Source: Elsinoe ampelina
Lineage: Eukaryota
DNA length: 64,000 bases
Assembly: GCA_010093995.1 (NCBI GenBank)
Contig: ML992501.1
Span: 1,731,583-1,795,582, forward strand
Direction: 5' to 3'
In this document: positions 51,982-64,000 of the stretch, one piece after another
How the letters are laid out: each line of letters opens with the position of its first letter
How positions within the stretch are numbered: position 1 is the first letter of the stretch
The notes under the pieces: model-generated
Told to the model about the DNA's origin: nothing
Databases searched by the model: none
Seen by the model: the letters and a program-made list of their open reading frames with translations, nothing else
Made by a program: the position numbers and the translations under genes

Positions 51982-54093
51982 ATTAAAAGAAGGTTCCCGA
52001 TAGTAGAGAAAAGACAATAAGACGTCGGAGAGATACTAGGAGATATTAGTATAGAATATAAGGTAGAGAGTAGAGAGCTATACTTTAGTAAAAGAGTTTT
52101 TAGAAGAAAGAGAAGAGATATTCTAACGAGGGAGAAGCCTTATATATATATTAGAGCGTCCTATTGTCCTATTATTACGGACAATAGGAGGCTCCTATAC
52201 TAATTAAGAGAAGAAGAATACAAGAAGAAACAAGGTAGCCTACTAATTATTGTTATAGCTAGCATAATAGTAGCTAGAAGACAAAGGAATAACGTTATTA
52301 TATATGCTAGGTAAGGTAAATTTACATATAAAGTCGAGTAGAGCTACACTTTATATTCCTTACCTAATGCTAAGACCCTGTATATAGACCTCTATATGTA
52401 GTGTAATAACGCTCCGAAGGTAGTCTACTCTTTCTCTACTACTAGAGAGTTTTAACAAGGAACTAGCCTAAGGACAGGCCTATAGAGAAGAAGGCAATTG
52501 TAACAGGAACTATAAACTTACAACTAGTAGACAGATATTAGAGATATGTTATTCTAGCTACGATCCTACATAGTATATATAGTAGTAGTTCCTAACCTTC
52601 TATAGAGAGGTTAGGAATTTATTATTGTATTTATATAGTATATACTTCTCCTCTATTGCTTCTCTATCTTAGAGACATTATACCTGCCCTATCTAGATAC
52701 TCTATTACAATAACCTTAACTAAAACTAATTAGATTACTTAATCTACTAAGGCTCCTATAGAAGGTTAATAAATCTAAAAAGATATATAAAGTAGAGGGA
52801 ATAACTAAACTAAATCAAGTTTAGAATCTAGTTTAGTATCTAGTTTAGAGTCTAGTTTAATATCTAGTTTAGAATCTAGTTTAGAGTTTATCTTAGCCTC
52901 TAATATAGACTAAGACTCTAGCTAAGAATCTAGCTTAAGAGCTAAGCCTATCTTAGTTACTAGTTTATAAGCCTTATAATTCTTATTTACTAGTATAATT
53001 AGTACTAAATCTACTATTCTTACTTAGATCTAAGAATAGTACTTTAGTAGACTAGTTCTTTAATACTCTAGCCTTACCTCTATTAATAGTAATATAGCTA
53101 TCTCCTCTACTAATAGGAGAAGTTAAAGCTAAAAAGAATAAGGAGAAAGATTAAACTAAAGAGGTAGTTAAAGCCTAACCTAAGTAACTCCCTTAAAGAA
53201 TTACTACTAGGTTAGCTAATCTTCTTCCTAAGTATATCTTTACTATAAGAAGAATAAGAAAGCTAAGGAGATAAATATATATTACTACCCTTATATAAAC
53301 TAATAAGGCTTCTAGATATTACTAAGCCTTTAATACTTATCTATTAATAAAGCTAATATAGCTTAAGCTAGAATTAAGAGATAATCTTCCTTTACTACTA
53401 GCTAATATTAAAAAGCTTAAAGCTAACCCTTATAGAAAGTAATTTTAAGAAGCTATAAAGGCTAAATTACTTACTTTATACTTAAAATATATATAGACTA
53501 TTATACTAGCTACTTAAGTAATAGGTAAGTTTATCTCTTTAATATAGATATTTACTTATAAAGTTAATAATAAAGAAAAGGTTATAAAGTATAAAGTAAA
53601 AATCTATATAAGAAGTAATTTTTAATTAATAGAATTAGAGACTTATATAGTAACTCTAGTAGCTAAGATCTTTAGAATACTTATAGCTTTACTTACTTAT
53701 AAAGATATAAAGGCTATCTAGATAAATATTATTAATACTTATATTAATAGCTCTATTAATAAAACTACTTACTATACTATTTCTTTTAGATTTAAGTTAG
53801 TTATAGAGAAGCTTATAAAGGACTACTCTAGTATTACTCTATTAGATATAATTCTCTTACTTAATAAAGCCTTATATAGTTTTAAATAAGCTCTAGCTCT
53901 CTAGTATACTAAATTTACTACTACTTTAAAGAGTATTAGTTTTACTTAGGCTTCTAAAGCTTCTTACTTCTAGCTAATCTCTAAAGTAATAATCTTCTTC
54001 TTTATAAATAATATTACTATTATATATCTTAAGAAGTATAAAGAGAAGACTAATTTTATTATTATAGCTCTCTATACTAAATATAAGATAAAG

Positions 54094-57000
54094 TTAATAG
54101 ATTTAACCTTCTACTAGTATAGGTAGATCTCTTATAGTAATACTTAGCCTTTATAAGGCTAAAGTATCTTAATTAAGAGTAGTATTAATATTAGCCTTAT
54201 TAGCTCTATAATAAACTTACTATATATCTACTATATATACTAGGCTTAACTAAGCTATAGCTTCTTAGTTACTTTATCCCTTATAACTTAGATAGCTAGA
54301 AACTAGCTTAGATCTTTAAGTACCTTTATCTTATATTTAGTATAGAGAGCTATAATAATAAAAGTAGCCTTCTCCTTATACTTCTTAAGATATATAATAG
54401 TAATATTATTTATAAAGAAGAAGATTATTACTTTAAAAGTTAGCTAGAAGTAAAAAGCTTTAAAAGCCTAAGTAAAACTAATATTCTTTAAAGTAGTAGT
54501 AAATTTAGTATACTAGAGAGCTAGAGCTTATTTAAGACTATATAAGGCTTTATTAAGTAAGAGAATTATATCTAATAAAGTAATACTAGAGTAGTCCTTT
54601 ATAAGCTTCTTTATAACTAACTTAAATCTAGAAGAGATAGTATAGTAAATAGTCTTATTAATAAAGCTATTAATATAAGTATTAATAATATCTATCTAAA
54701 TAGCTTTTATATCTTTATAAGTAATAAAGCTATAAGTATTCTAAAGATCTTAGCTACTAGAGTTACTATATAAGTCTCTAATTCTATTAATTAAAAATTA
54801 CCCCTTATATAGATTCTTACTTTATACTTTATAACCTCTCCTTTATTATTAACTTTATAAGTAAATATCTATATTAAAGAGATAAACTTACCTATTACTT
54901 AAGTAGCTAGTATAATAGTCTATATATATTTTAAGTATAAAGTAAGTAATTTAGCCTTTATAGCTTCTTAAAATTACTTTCTATAAGGGTTAGCTTTAAG
55001 CTTTTTAATATTAGCTAGTAGTAGAAGAAGATTATTTCTTAATTCTAGCTTAGGCTATATTAGCTTTATTAATAGATAAGTATTAAAGGCTTAGTAATAT
55101 CTAAGAGCCTTATTAGTTTATATAAGGGTAATAATATATATCTACTTCCTTAGCTTTCTTATTCTTTTTATAGTAAAGATATACTTAGAAAGAAGATTAG
55201 CTAACCTAGTAGTAATTCTTTAAGGAAGTTACTTAGGTTAAGCTTTAACTATCTCTTTAGTTTAACTTTTCTCCTTATTTCTCTTAGCTTTAACTTCTTC
55301 TATTAGTAGAGGAGATAGCTATATTACTATTAATAGAGGTAAGGCTAGAGTATTAAAGAACTAGTCTACTAAGGTACTATTTCTAGATCTAAGTAAGAAT
55401 AGTAGATTTAGTACTAATTATACTAGTAAATAAGAATTATAAGGCTTATAAACTAGTAACTAAGATAGGCTTAGCTCTTAAGCTAGATTCTTAGCTAGAG
55501 TCTTAGTCTATATTAGAGGCTAAGATAGACTCTAAACTAGATTCTAAACTAGATATTAAACTAGACTCTAAACTAGATACTAAACTAGATTCTAAACTAG
55601 ATTTAGTTTAGTTATTCCCTCTACTTTATATACCTCTTTAGATTTATTAACCTTCTATAGAAGCCTTAGTAGATTAAGTAATCTAATTAGTTTTAGTTAA
55701 GGTTATTCCTCTAGTTTATAGAACTAAGTTTTATTAAATCTAATATCTCTTATTCTAATAACCTTCTTAGAGGATAGTATAAAGATCCTAAAGATATTAG
55801 TTAAGTTATAGCTAACTAGATAGCTAATATAAGCCCTTAGTATAAGCTTATTACTACTTATAATAAGCTTATCTAAAGTATAAGCTTTATATCTAAGTAG
55901 CCTAAGATAAGTAACTAATAGAGAGTATCTATAAACTAGCTTAAAGAAAGTCTTCTAGTCTAGCTTCTTAAGAGGTATTTTATTAATTAGATAAGCTACT
56001 AATCTATATAGTTTAAAGTATAATTCTCTTAGTAGATTAGTAAAGATAGTAATTACCCTTACTCTCCTTAATAGTATAGCTCTTATTCTTTTATTATAAC
56101 TATTCTAAGCTTAAGTATAGGAAGTAGATAGCTTATAATAGATTTCTTTACTATCTAGAAAGATAGTAAATTTAAGGCTAAAAGCTCTCTTATTATTACT
56201 TCTAAGAAATCTAATTTTAAAGCTAAAATTACTTTTAATATAAATAATTATCTTAATATAGATTTTATTAATCTTATATCTATAAGTATAAGTAGTAACT
56301 AGTTAATAGTTAGTAGTTCTATAAGTAAAGTAGCTTATATATCTTACCTTATTATAGCTAGTAAATCTATTAATAATAATATTAAAGGTAATTCTCTTAA
56401 ATAGCTTTAATATAGTAAGTTTAGTATTAAAGCTCCTTAATATAATTTACTAAGTATTTAATAGCTTATAAGTCTAATATAGAGACCTAAGATAAATTAG
56501 TTAAGCTAAACTAGGCTTAGTTAGAGTTAGTTTACTACTAACTATAGTAGTTAGAAAGTAATTAATAAACTTTAAGCTTAGATAGTCTATAACTTTATAC
56601 TAAGATTAATTAGTCCTTATAGTAACTATAGTAAATACTAATAGTAGATAATTATTATTATTCTTTAATACTATAGTAGTAATATTAGAAACTTTAGAGT
56701 TATTCTTAAAGATATATTAGTTATACTTTAGTATAACTAAGAAAAGTACTTTTCCTTTATAGCTAATCTTTATAGTTTAAGTATTTTAGTAGACTCTACT
56801 ATTAATAAACCTCCTAAGGCTAACTAGATTAGTTATAATTAATAGTATATAAGCTACCTTTATAAGATAGATAGTTATAGGCTTTCCTTTATAAAGAGCT
56901 ATAATATTAATAGTTCTCTAACTCTTAATACTAAGTAAAGTATTACTATAGAATAGCTTCTTATAAAGTTTTATAATTCTAGTAACTTTATATCTATCCT

Positions 57001-58512
57001 TTATAGTATAATTATAAATATAATTAGTTACTCTAAAGTCTAGTATCTATAACCTTAAGATATTACTAGTAGCTAAAATAAATACTAAGTATAATTTTAT
57101 AGTTATAGCTATATTAATTAGTACTAGTAGAGTTAACTTCTTTTAATATTATACTTCTTTAGTAAGAATAGTATTAATTCTCTCCTTAAGTATCTTATTA
57201 TTTAGCCTTTATCTAATTTCCTTTATAGTCTATTAGTTTAATATCTATCTATCTAGCCTTATATACTTATTTAAGTAATAGTACTTACTTTACTTATACT
57301 AGCTTTAATATATATACTTAAGCTCTTTAATAAAACTAAGTTTTTTATAAAGAATATCTTTAGTAGCTATAGAGAAGGCTATAGCTCCTTTACTAGTCTT
57401 TATAGTATTATATAGCTTATAAAGCTTATAGAACTATCTAAATTTAGTAATTAGTTTAAGTATAGTTAGTAGAGTTAGTAAATCTAGATTAATAAGGTAC
57501 TTATTAGTAAATACTAGTTTAGTTTTAGAGATAGAAAGTAAAAAGTCTTTCTATAGCCTTAAGCCTTAAGCTTCTAATAGATTATAATTCTTAGCCTTAT
57601 CTATAACCTCTTTCTATTACTAAAGCTAATAGTTTATATTTTATAAGGAAGAACTAGATAGCTACTTCCTCTAGAATACTTTAACCTTAAGCTAAATAGC
57701 TATATTAGATAGAGTAAATCTATTCTTTAAAGCTTAAAGGATAGTCTATAGATAAGAATCTTTTTCTAGCTAAATAATAGTAAGAACTTATAGTATAATT
57801 AATAACTAAATAAGACTAGCTAAATTAGCTAAGGCCTTATATTATTTATTATACTATACTTATTCTTTCTTATATATCTAGAAAAGTATTAAGAAGTTTA
57901 TATTTACTACCTCTAGCTTTTAAAGCTTAGAGAGCCTTTCTAGCTTAATAGTCTTCTAGGGATTAACAAAGTTCTATATCTTAGTATTTAAAGCTCTTAT
58001 CTTAATAATATATAGCTAGCTAGCCTATTTAGCTAATATAGTAAGAATAATAAGTATTCTAGCTATTAAGGTATTAGTATCTATAGTTATTTATCTCTTT
58101 ATTAATACTTAAATCTTATAGTTATAATTAAGATAGTTCTTAATAGATTTTAATACTTAAAAAGTAAAATAATAGAGAATTAACTAATAGATTAAGTAGG
58201 AAAGTAACTAAGTAATATACTTATATAGGGGTAGTTATACTAGGCTTATAACTATTAGCTTATTTATAAAGAGAAAAGAGATTTATTACTACTTAATCTA
58301 CTAAACTAAGGTAGATTATAACTATATAAATACTTAACTTAATAAACTAAGAGATAACTAAATTAATAGAACTTCTAAATAATAATAGATTAAGACAATA
58401 ACTATCTAATTTAATAATAAATTAGTAGAGTAGTAGATAAGTGTTTAGTTCTACTAGGGGATAAACTAAATCAGGGTCCTTCTTGGCGCTCCAGCTTATA
58501 CCTCGGTTGACA
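54094..58512 (-). mobile_element. Ty1/Copia element H, right arm (uninterrupted, 3'-truncated within RT)
   Basis: LTR at 58253-58512 begins TGTCAACCGAGG on the minus strand. Inverted copy of the left arm plus ~230 bp more RT (…LSWFLAIRV.RDR..KKLWLSQ…YQQKVGSIN). Confidence 0.92.
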
Positions 58513-58659
58513 CAATGATTTGACCATGGCAATGCCAGATCTCTGATGCCACAATCCACATGCGCAACCGTAGAGCGGAAACGGGCCAGGCAAATGCGAC
58601 TTTCCTACTGTCAAAGTCCTATTGTCCCTCCCGGATTACTTTGTCGTATGTGGAGTAGA

Positions 58660-60611
58660 TCATAAAGCATAACTAGCATTCCAATCCCTCATCCTCGCCA
58701 CTTCCGGTACGCCGGCGATACCCGGCTCAATTCCCATTTCCGGTTCCCTGACCACTCGATACATGTACTCCGCCAGCGGTAGTAACCTGCTGTATCCATA
58801 CGTCTGACTGCCCCTGATCAGCAGCTCGGTGAACTCTTCGAGTAAGAGTCTGTCTTTTCTGTTGTCTTCTTTGCTATCCGTGTTGGTGAGGCGGTAGAGG
58901 TAGAAGAAGCTGACGAAAGAGGTTGTGCCTGTCACCCTGTACAGATGTTAGTGCCATCTGGAATATGGTCGGGCGACGCGGACTTACGATAGAGCACTCC
59001 TGCATGCCCAGCTGCCTCTTCTTCGATCCATCTCCGCAAGCTCGAGGAACACTCTGATCACTTTTCTTGCACTTTCTCTTGCAACAAGTCTGGTCAGGTC
59101 TCTGCTGCCTCTCATCTTCTGCTCCCACACGACAAGCAAGGACCATGCGAAAACGAGGGTATCACCGAACAGTCTCTTTTCGCTTGGATTGGTACTTTTG
59201 TGAAAGGCGTCCTCGATCCGCCATTCTTCCAACCACTCGTGGGTCTGCCAGAAGTATGTCTCCATCTTACTCCGAATGTCACGCTGGGTCATGTCGTCGT
59301 CGTCAAGGACGGAGAAACTCTCCATGATGACAAGCATGATCCGAGCAAAGGCCACTAGGATGGTGGCCAGTCCCATTGCGTGTGGATCGGCAGCCTTGTT
59401 GATCACTGCGGAGGGGAGATGGACAGACCAGGGCTCGTGCATGAAAACGGGCGGCTTTCCATAGAACGCTCGGAAGATGCAGTCAAGGCGCATAATCTGC
59501 CCAAAAGCAAGACGACGAGCTTCGGTGCGCTCGTCAGGTGTGGCCTCGGGTGGAAGAGGTCGTGCATCCATCTCACGTATGCCGAGTCCATCAATGATGC
59601 GCTTGGACTGAAGGAAAAGCTTCCAAGCCATGTGAAGATCAAACTTCTCCTGAGCGGTGTAGATCTGGGGTCGTTAGAAGTGTGCATGTCCAAGTGGCGG
59701 CATACGTACCGCGACTATTACTGCTGCCAAATCCAAGTCAGAGAACGTTTCCATGTTGTCCCAATCGGGTAAACTTTGGACACAGAGTGTGTAGATGACA
59801 GAACCCCAATACGGCTCTGCTGCCACATCTTGATGCCATCCAATGTTGATGAGGAAGTAGTATATTGTCGCTACAGCAGGATCGACCTTGGCGTATGAGC
59901 TGTCAATGATGGTAGGTATTGGCTCTAGCGCCTTCAGATCCACCAGGCCCAAGAATTTATCATGTATCCGGTCAGTCAGTGCGTCTAGGATGGTCAGTCA
60001 GAGCAAGCATTACTACTGTAATGTATCGTACTGTGCAGCCATTTGATGCTGAGATCTCTTGGTATTGATCGTGGCAATTCCACCGGCACGCTCACGCTAG
60101 GCGTTCGTGGTAGCTGCTGAAAGGGCAGAGCATGACCGGTATGCGATATCGACGAGTCATGCCCAGTACGAGCATGTGAGATGGGCGAGATTGGTGCATT
60201 ATGGTGTGCAACAGGGCTGATCTGCTGCTGTGGCGAAGCGACATGCCCTATTGGCGACAAGAGGCTGCTCTCCCCGCCCGGCGACTCAGGCCCTGGAGAC
60301 GTCGGCGTCACATGTTGCTCCAGGCGCTTTACGCGGTCAAGAATCGTGCCTTCGGACTTTTCTGCTCCTGGTCAGGACGAATGCGATACGTCAGGATTGG
60401 GAGACGCGACTTCGCCTGGGTTTCCACTTCTTGCGTTGTGAGTAGACGCATTCCAGATTGCGTTGTTGACACCGCACGCAGACGGGGCGCTCCTTGGTGC
60501 ATTTGACCTTTGTCGACCTGCACGGATCACACTGCAGATATCAGCACGCGTACAATGCCAATGGCAGCATCGGCTGATAGCCATTCGACTCACTGACGAC
60601 TGCTCAGGCAT
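58660..60611 (-). CDS. Zn(II)2Cys6 fungal transcription factor with fungal TF middle region, about 5 introns
   Basis: ATG 60611 MPEQSS|intron GTGAGT..CAG|CDPCRSTKVKCTKERPVCVRCQQRNLECVY, coiled coil TILDRVKRLEQH. Further GT-AG introns near 60370, 60030, 59709 and 58987 link ORF-track segments 59994, 59674, 58984 and 58660. The intron 2 donor is uncertain. Confidence 0.88.
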
Positions 60612-60827
60612 AGTTCCGGGCCAATAAGAAGTGGGGCGACAAGCAGTTGCAAACGGAGGGAGGTTTCGGATATTTGTTCCTTTCCAACGCGACACTTTTG
60701 GTCTAGCCTTTTGCGGTTGCCTAGACTTGTCGGATTTCTCGGGGTGCCTGAACAGCCACGGACCGGAAGAAACGTTGACATGCTAATTCATTTTTGGCTT
60801 CTAATCTTCGCTGCAACACGACACGTG

Positions 60828-63800
60828 CTATACCGATAACCTGATTCCACTTGCTGCTGCTCCTATAGCGCAGACCTCGCATACCTTGCAAACCGTTCCT
60901 TTGTACTTGGGCAAGTATTTCGTGCCGTCGTATGGACAGCTGACACTCTGCTCACCGGCATAAATCGGCGTGTAACTTGCACCGCAGACCTCAAACTCCG
61001 CAAAGGGATCGAACTCGACTTCGATGGCATCTCCTGGGCTCCGTTCGCAAGCAGCCTTGACCTTCTTCGCCGTATCCTTGAACTTGGCATTAGTGCCCTT
61101 TTCGATCAGAGCATTAGCGAATCCAAGCGCAGATGACAATTGCTTGTTCTTGTTCGCGAGATTCATAGCGGCATAGAGGGCGAGGGTGACGTGGTTGGGG
61201 TCGAGACTGGGTACCGTGAAATAGGCGGAGAGCTCGAGTACACGCTTGCGCTTGTCCTCGGGAAGTGATGAAAGGTCGGTAGCTGGAGAGATCGCTCGGC
61301 GAGCAAGTTCGATAGACATGGCGAGTGTGTAGGATGCGGCCGTCTGGATAAGAGCCTTTGCCTGCGGTTGTTGTCAGTATCAGCTGATCATTTATCGGCT
61401 CCAATAATGCACTCACCTCTTCTACTTCAGATTTTGTGGTCACGGCGTTGACAAGCATGGTGTGGAGAATCTTCTTGAATAACACGACACCCTCTTCGAG
61501 CTGGTTCTTCTGCATTCGCTGTTTGGCGGCAGGCAAGTCGACAGTGGTGATTGATTCCAGGTCGCGGACGATCAGTGGTAGAAGTTTTCGTGATTCAGTC
61601 TCCTTCAATGTGCGTCGAACATAGTTGACAAGAGGCGGTAATCCAGGGCTTGCGGGCAGGTATGTACGTGTCGCTTGGTGAATCTCGTTGAATCTGCTTT
61701 CGAGTGGCTTGAAATTGACCGCGCCTACTTGCCTGTTGAGCAGATTCATTGCTGTATCAAAGGAGCCACCAGCGACATGATCGGCTGCGACGGGGGAGTT
61801 CCGAATCCAGATCTCAGCTTCACTTATGCCAGCGCCTGCATCGTCTGCTTCAACGTTGACATAATCGTCGTCTGCAGAAATGGCAGTCTCCTCCCCAACG
61901 TCCCAGCCGGCAAGATCTTCGTCTTCAGCTTCGTCAATGTGCCCGTTGGCGTCTGGCTCGGCGTCTGCATCTGCAAAGTCGTCTTCCGCGTACCCGTTTG
62001 CCACGGCCTCTTCGTCGCCACCTTCTGCGAGTAAAGCCTTCTCAAATGATGAGACACCTGTAGACTTGACGGGCCAATTCTTCTCGAAGGTTGGAGCAAA
62101 AACCGATGGTGTCGTGAAAGGCTTTCCTGTACTCGGCAGCGAGATTTGATCTTCAGACAATCCCGTGGCGTCGAGAATCGCGTGACATTCGTCGTCCAAA
62201 CCGTGTGTCTTTGCTGTCAGGTAAGCCAATGGATCTGTGTTGCATTAGTATCAGCGTCGTGAGCTCATAACCACTATACTCACATTGATCGAGTTCCTTG
62301 AGCATGTCAATTCTGCTTTGAACATCATTCAAGTATATCGAGTTCTGGAATCGTGAAGTCATGTCGCCTCTGTGCTCTGCGATCTTCGCCATTCGTTGAA
62401 GCTTGTTTTCGTCACCAGTCGCCAGATACAGGAAGGAGAGTTTGTCGAAGTTCTTCAGCTTCTGGTAAGTCATTTCCACAACTTGGTGATTGCCGTGTGC
62501 CAAAGCTTCCGAGCTGAGTTGCTGCCAGATCTTTGGTCGATCAAGCTGCTTGGCCATCTCGACAGCGACATCCAGATTGCCGCACTCGATCGCCAGCTCA
62601 AATCTAGTTTGCGGGTCCTGCACGAATTGTAGAGCAATCTCAGGGTAGCCCTTTTTTTGCAGATATGAAATGATGCTCTGGCCAACAAGACTGGAGTTCT
62701 TGATAATGTTCAGCATTTCGTCGTAGTGTCGCTTGACCAAGGCAAGCTTGAATCGATATTCCGTTGGCTCGATCGTCATGATCTTCGGCTTCGCTGCCCG
62801 GTCGAGTGCGTAGATGCTGCGACCCTTGACACGGACAAGGTAGACCGTCTGGTCGAGAGTTCGCACAATGCCGTTGTCGCCATTCATGAGCGTGTACTTG
62901 ATGTGATTAAGGGTAGAATAGAGCAGAACGCCAGCGTCATCCCAGACTGCGCTCTTGATCCGAATAGTCTCGTGCAGTGTAGAGACCTGTTCGAGCTGTT
63001 TTGTGACGATCGTAACGTTGTGCTTGCTCAGTAAGGCACAGTGGAGACCATCGCTAGACCAGGTCACGTATTTGACACCAGCTACAGCAAGTTCTGCAAG
63101 CTGCTTCTTTTGTTGAATATCGTACAAGTAGACCGTGGTTGGCGTGACGAGCAAAAGACAACCGGTGCCTCCGAAAAAGACGTCTGTGGTACCGTGCGGT
63201 GGCTTGATGGTCTTGGTCGTCGAATTCGAGAGATCCTTGATGTCCACTTGCTGGTTTGCTGAGTTGAAAACGGCGAAGCGGTTCCTGGCAACGAAGACGG
63301 CGGACTGTCCAGATCCCCGCATAGTGTTCGTGGGCTCAACTGCACCAGAAGCGTCCTTTGGCAAGCTGACGAGCTCGTACACGCCACCATCAACAGGCGA
63401 TGTGACAAGAACAGCGCGTTCAGCTGGGTTGTATGACATGGACCGTGGTGGTACCCATGCGCTTCCTAGCTTCTTCAAGGAGAGCATCGACGGACTCTCA
63501 ACATTCTTCGTAAAGTCGAACGATCGAACATGCTTCTCCTTGGTGATATAGAAAAGCTGGTTCTGGTAGACCGCAGATGCTGGGCGTTCTCTCTCCAGTT
63601 TAAACACCATTACACCATTGTCGTGACCAGCTGCAAACAGATTGATCTCTGGATGCGCCGCAATCACCCAGAACCTATCGTTCTCGCGCTTGAAGGACTG
63701 TACCGATGTCCGCTTGTTCAGATCCCAGACACGCACGGTCTTGTCCTCACCGACCGACAGAATGAGATCCTGGTGTGGATGGAACAAGCACGCCGATGCA

Positions 63801-64000
63801 TTCTGGAAATGGCCTCGACAGGTATCGACCTCCCAAGCTTTTGTTTCGCTCATCCTCCAGAGCTTGATGAGCCTGTCATCTCCTGCCGAAACAATGAGGG
63901 GCAGAGTCGGGTGGAATGCGACCCAATTCACACCGCGATCATGACCTTCGAGCACGAACTTGACGACCGCGTCAGTGTTACCGAACATGTCCGCCTGATT
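60828..64000 (-). CDS. COP1: Coatomer subunit alpha (alpha-COP), 5'-partial
   Basis: WD40 region VKFVLEGHDRGVNWVAFHPTLPLIVSAGDDR, coatomer WDAD region (GYPEIALQFV), C-terminal domain (CGASYTPIY...CKVCEVCAIG). Introns at ~62235-62283 and ~61362-61416. Confidence 0.97.

Larger units (their letters stand above)
44796..52709 (+). mobile_element. Full-length Ty3/Gypsy chromovirus (family F) with ~2.4-kb extra 3' region
   Basis: 211-bp LTRs at 44796-45006 and 52499-52709. TSD ATAAC. Gag knuckle CYRCKQPGHICLNC at ~46109-46150, protease LIDSGAN at ~46310, RT VYMDDILIYS at ~47300, chromodomain at ~49920-50070, PPT before 52499. Confidence 0.95.
16149..54093 (+). mobile_element. Ty1/Copia element H, left arm (5' LTR-gag-integrase-partial RT, ~4.2 kb in six pieces) hosting five insertions
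   Basis: Pieces 16149-16476, 23776-24675, 29916-30683, 37714-38315, 44581-44795 and 52715-54093 rejoin into the reverse complement of ~54323-58512. LTR 16149-16407, PBS-like GTTATAAGCC. RT relics KALYGLKQAPALW at ~53865-53905 and FFVDDI at ~53995-54015. Confidence 0.92.

Noticed and set aside
16149..58512. Giant TIR transposon or Starship-like element
   Set aside because: The inverted ends are Copia LTRs continuing into gag-pol. There is no TSD, transposase or tyrosine-recombinase captain, and no cargo genes.
58874..63944. Many plus-strand and alternate-frame ORFs over the TF and COP1 genes
   Set aside because: Shadow ORFs of GC-balanced coding sequence with no recognisable motifs.

Overview
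Filamentous ascomycete (probably Dothideomycete) genomic DNA. About 83% of the window is AT-rich, TpA-saturated transposon debris with the signature of repeat-induced point mutation (RIP). Layout: (i) 1-11227, a Ty3/Gypsy chromovirus with a sister copy inserted into it in reverse, itself inserted in a hAT DNA transposon; (ii) 11228-16148, a small GC-balanced island with an F-box-like fragment, a minisatellite, an intact SDR, a secreted Cys-rich protein gene broken by one in-frame TAA and a membrane-protein fragment; (iii) 16149-58512, a 42-kb block formed by two 3'-truncated copies of one Ty1/Copia element joined tail-to-tail, the left arm carrying five full-length LTR elements (4 Gypsy, 1 Copia), each with an intact 5-bp TSD; (iv) 58660-64000, a Zn2Cys6 transcription factor and the 3' part of alpha-COP. 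Most notable: three different Gypsy families (four variants, five copies) carry, between pol and the 3' LTR, an antisense accessory gene. After manually reversing RIP these encode Zn2Cys6-like six-cysteine proteins, in two families with spliceosomal introns, and in one family the gene has been exchanged together with the U3 part of the LTR. All de-RIPed translations are manual inferences.
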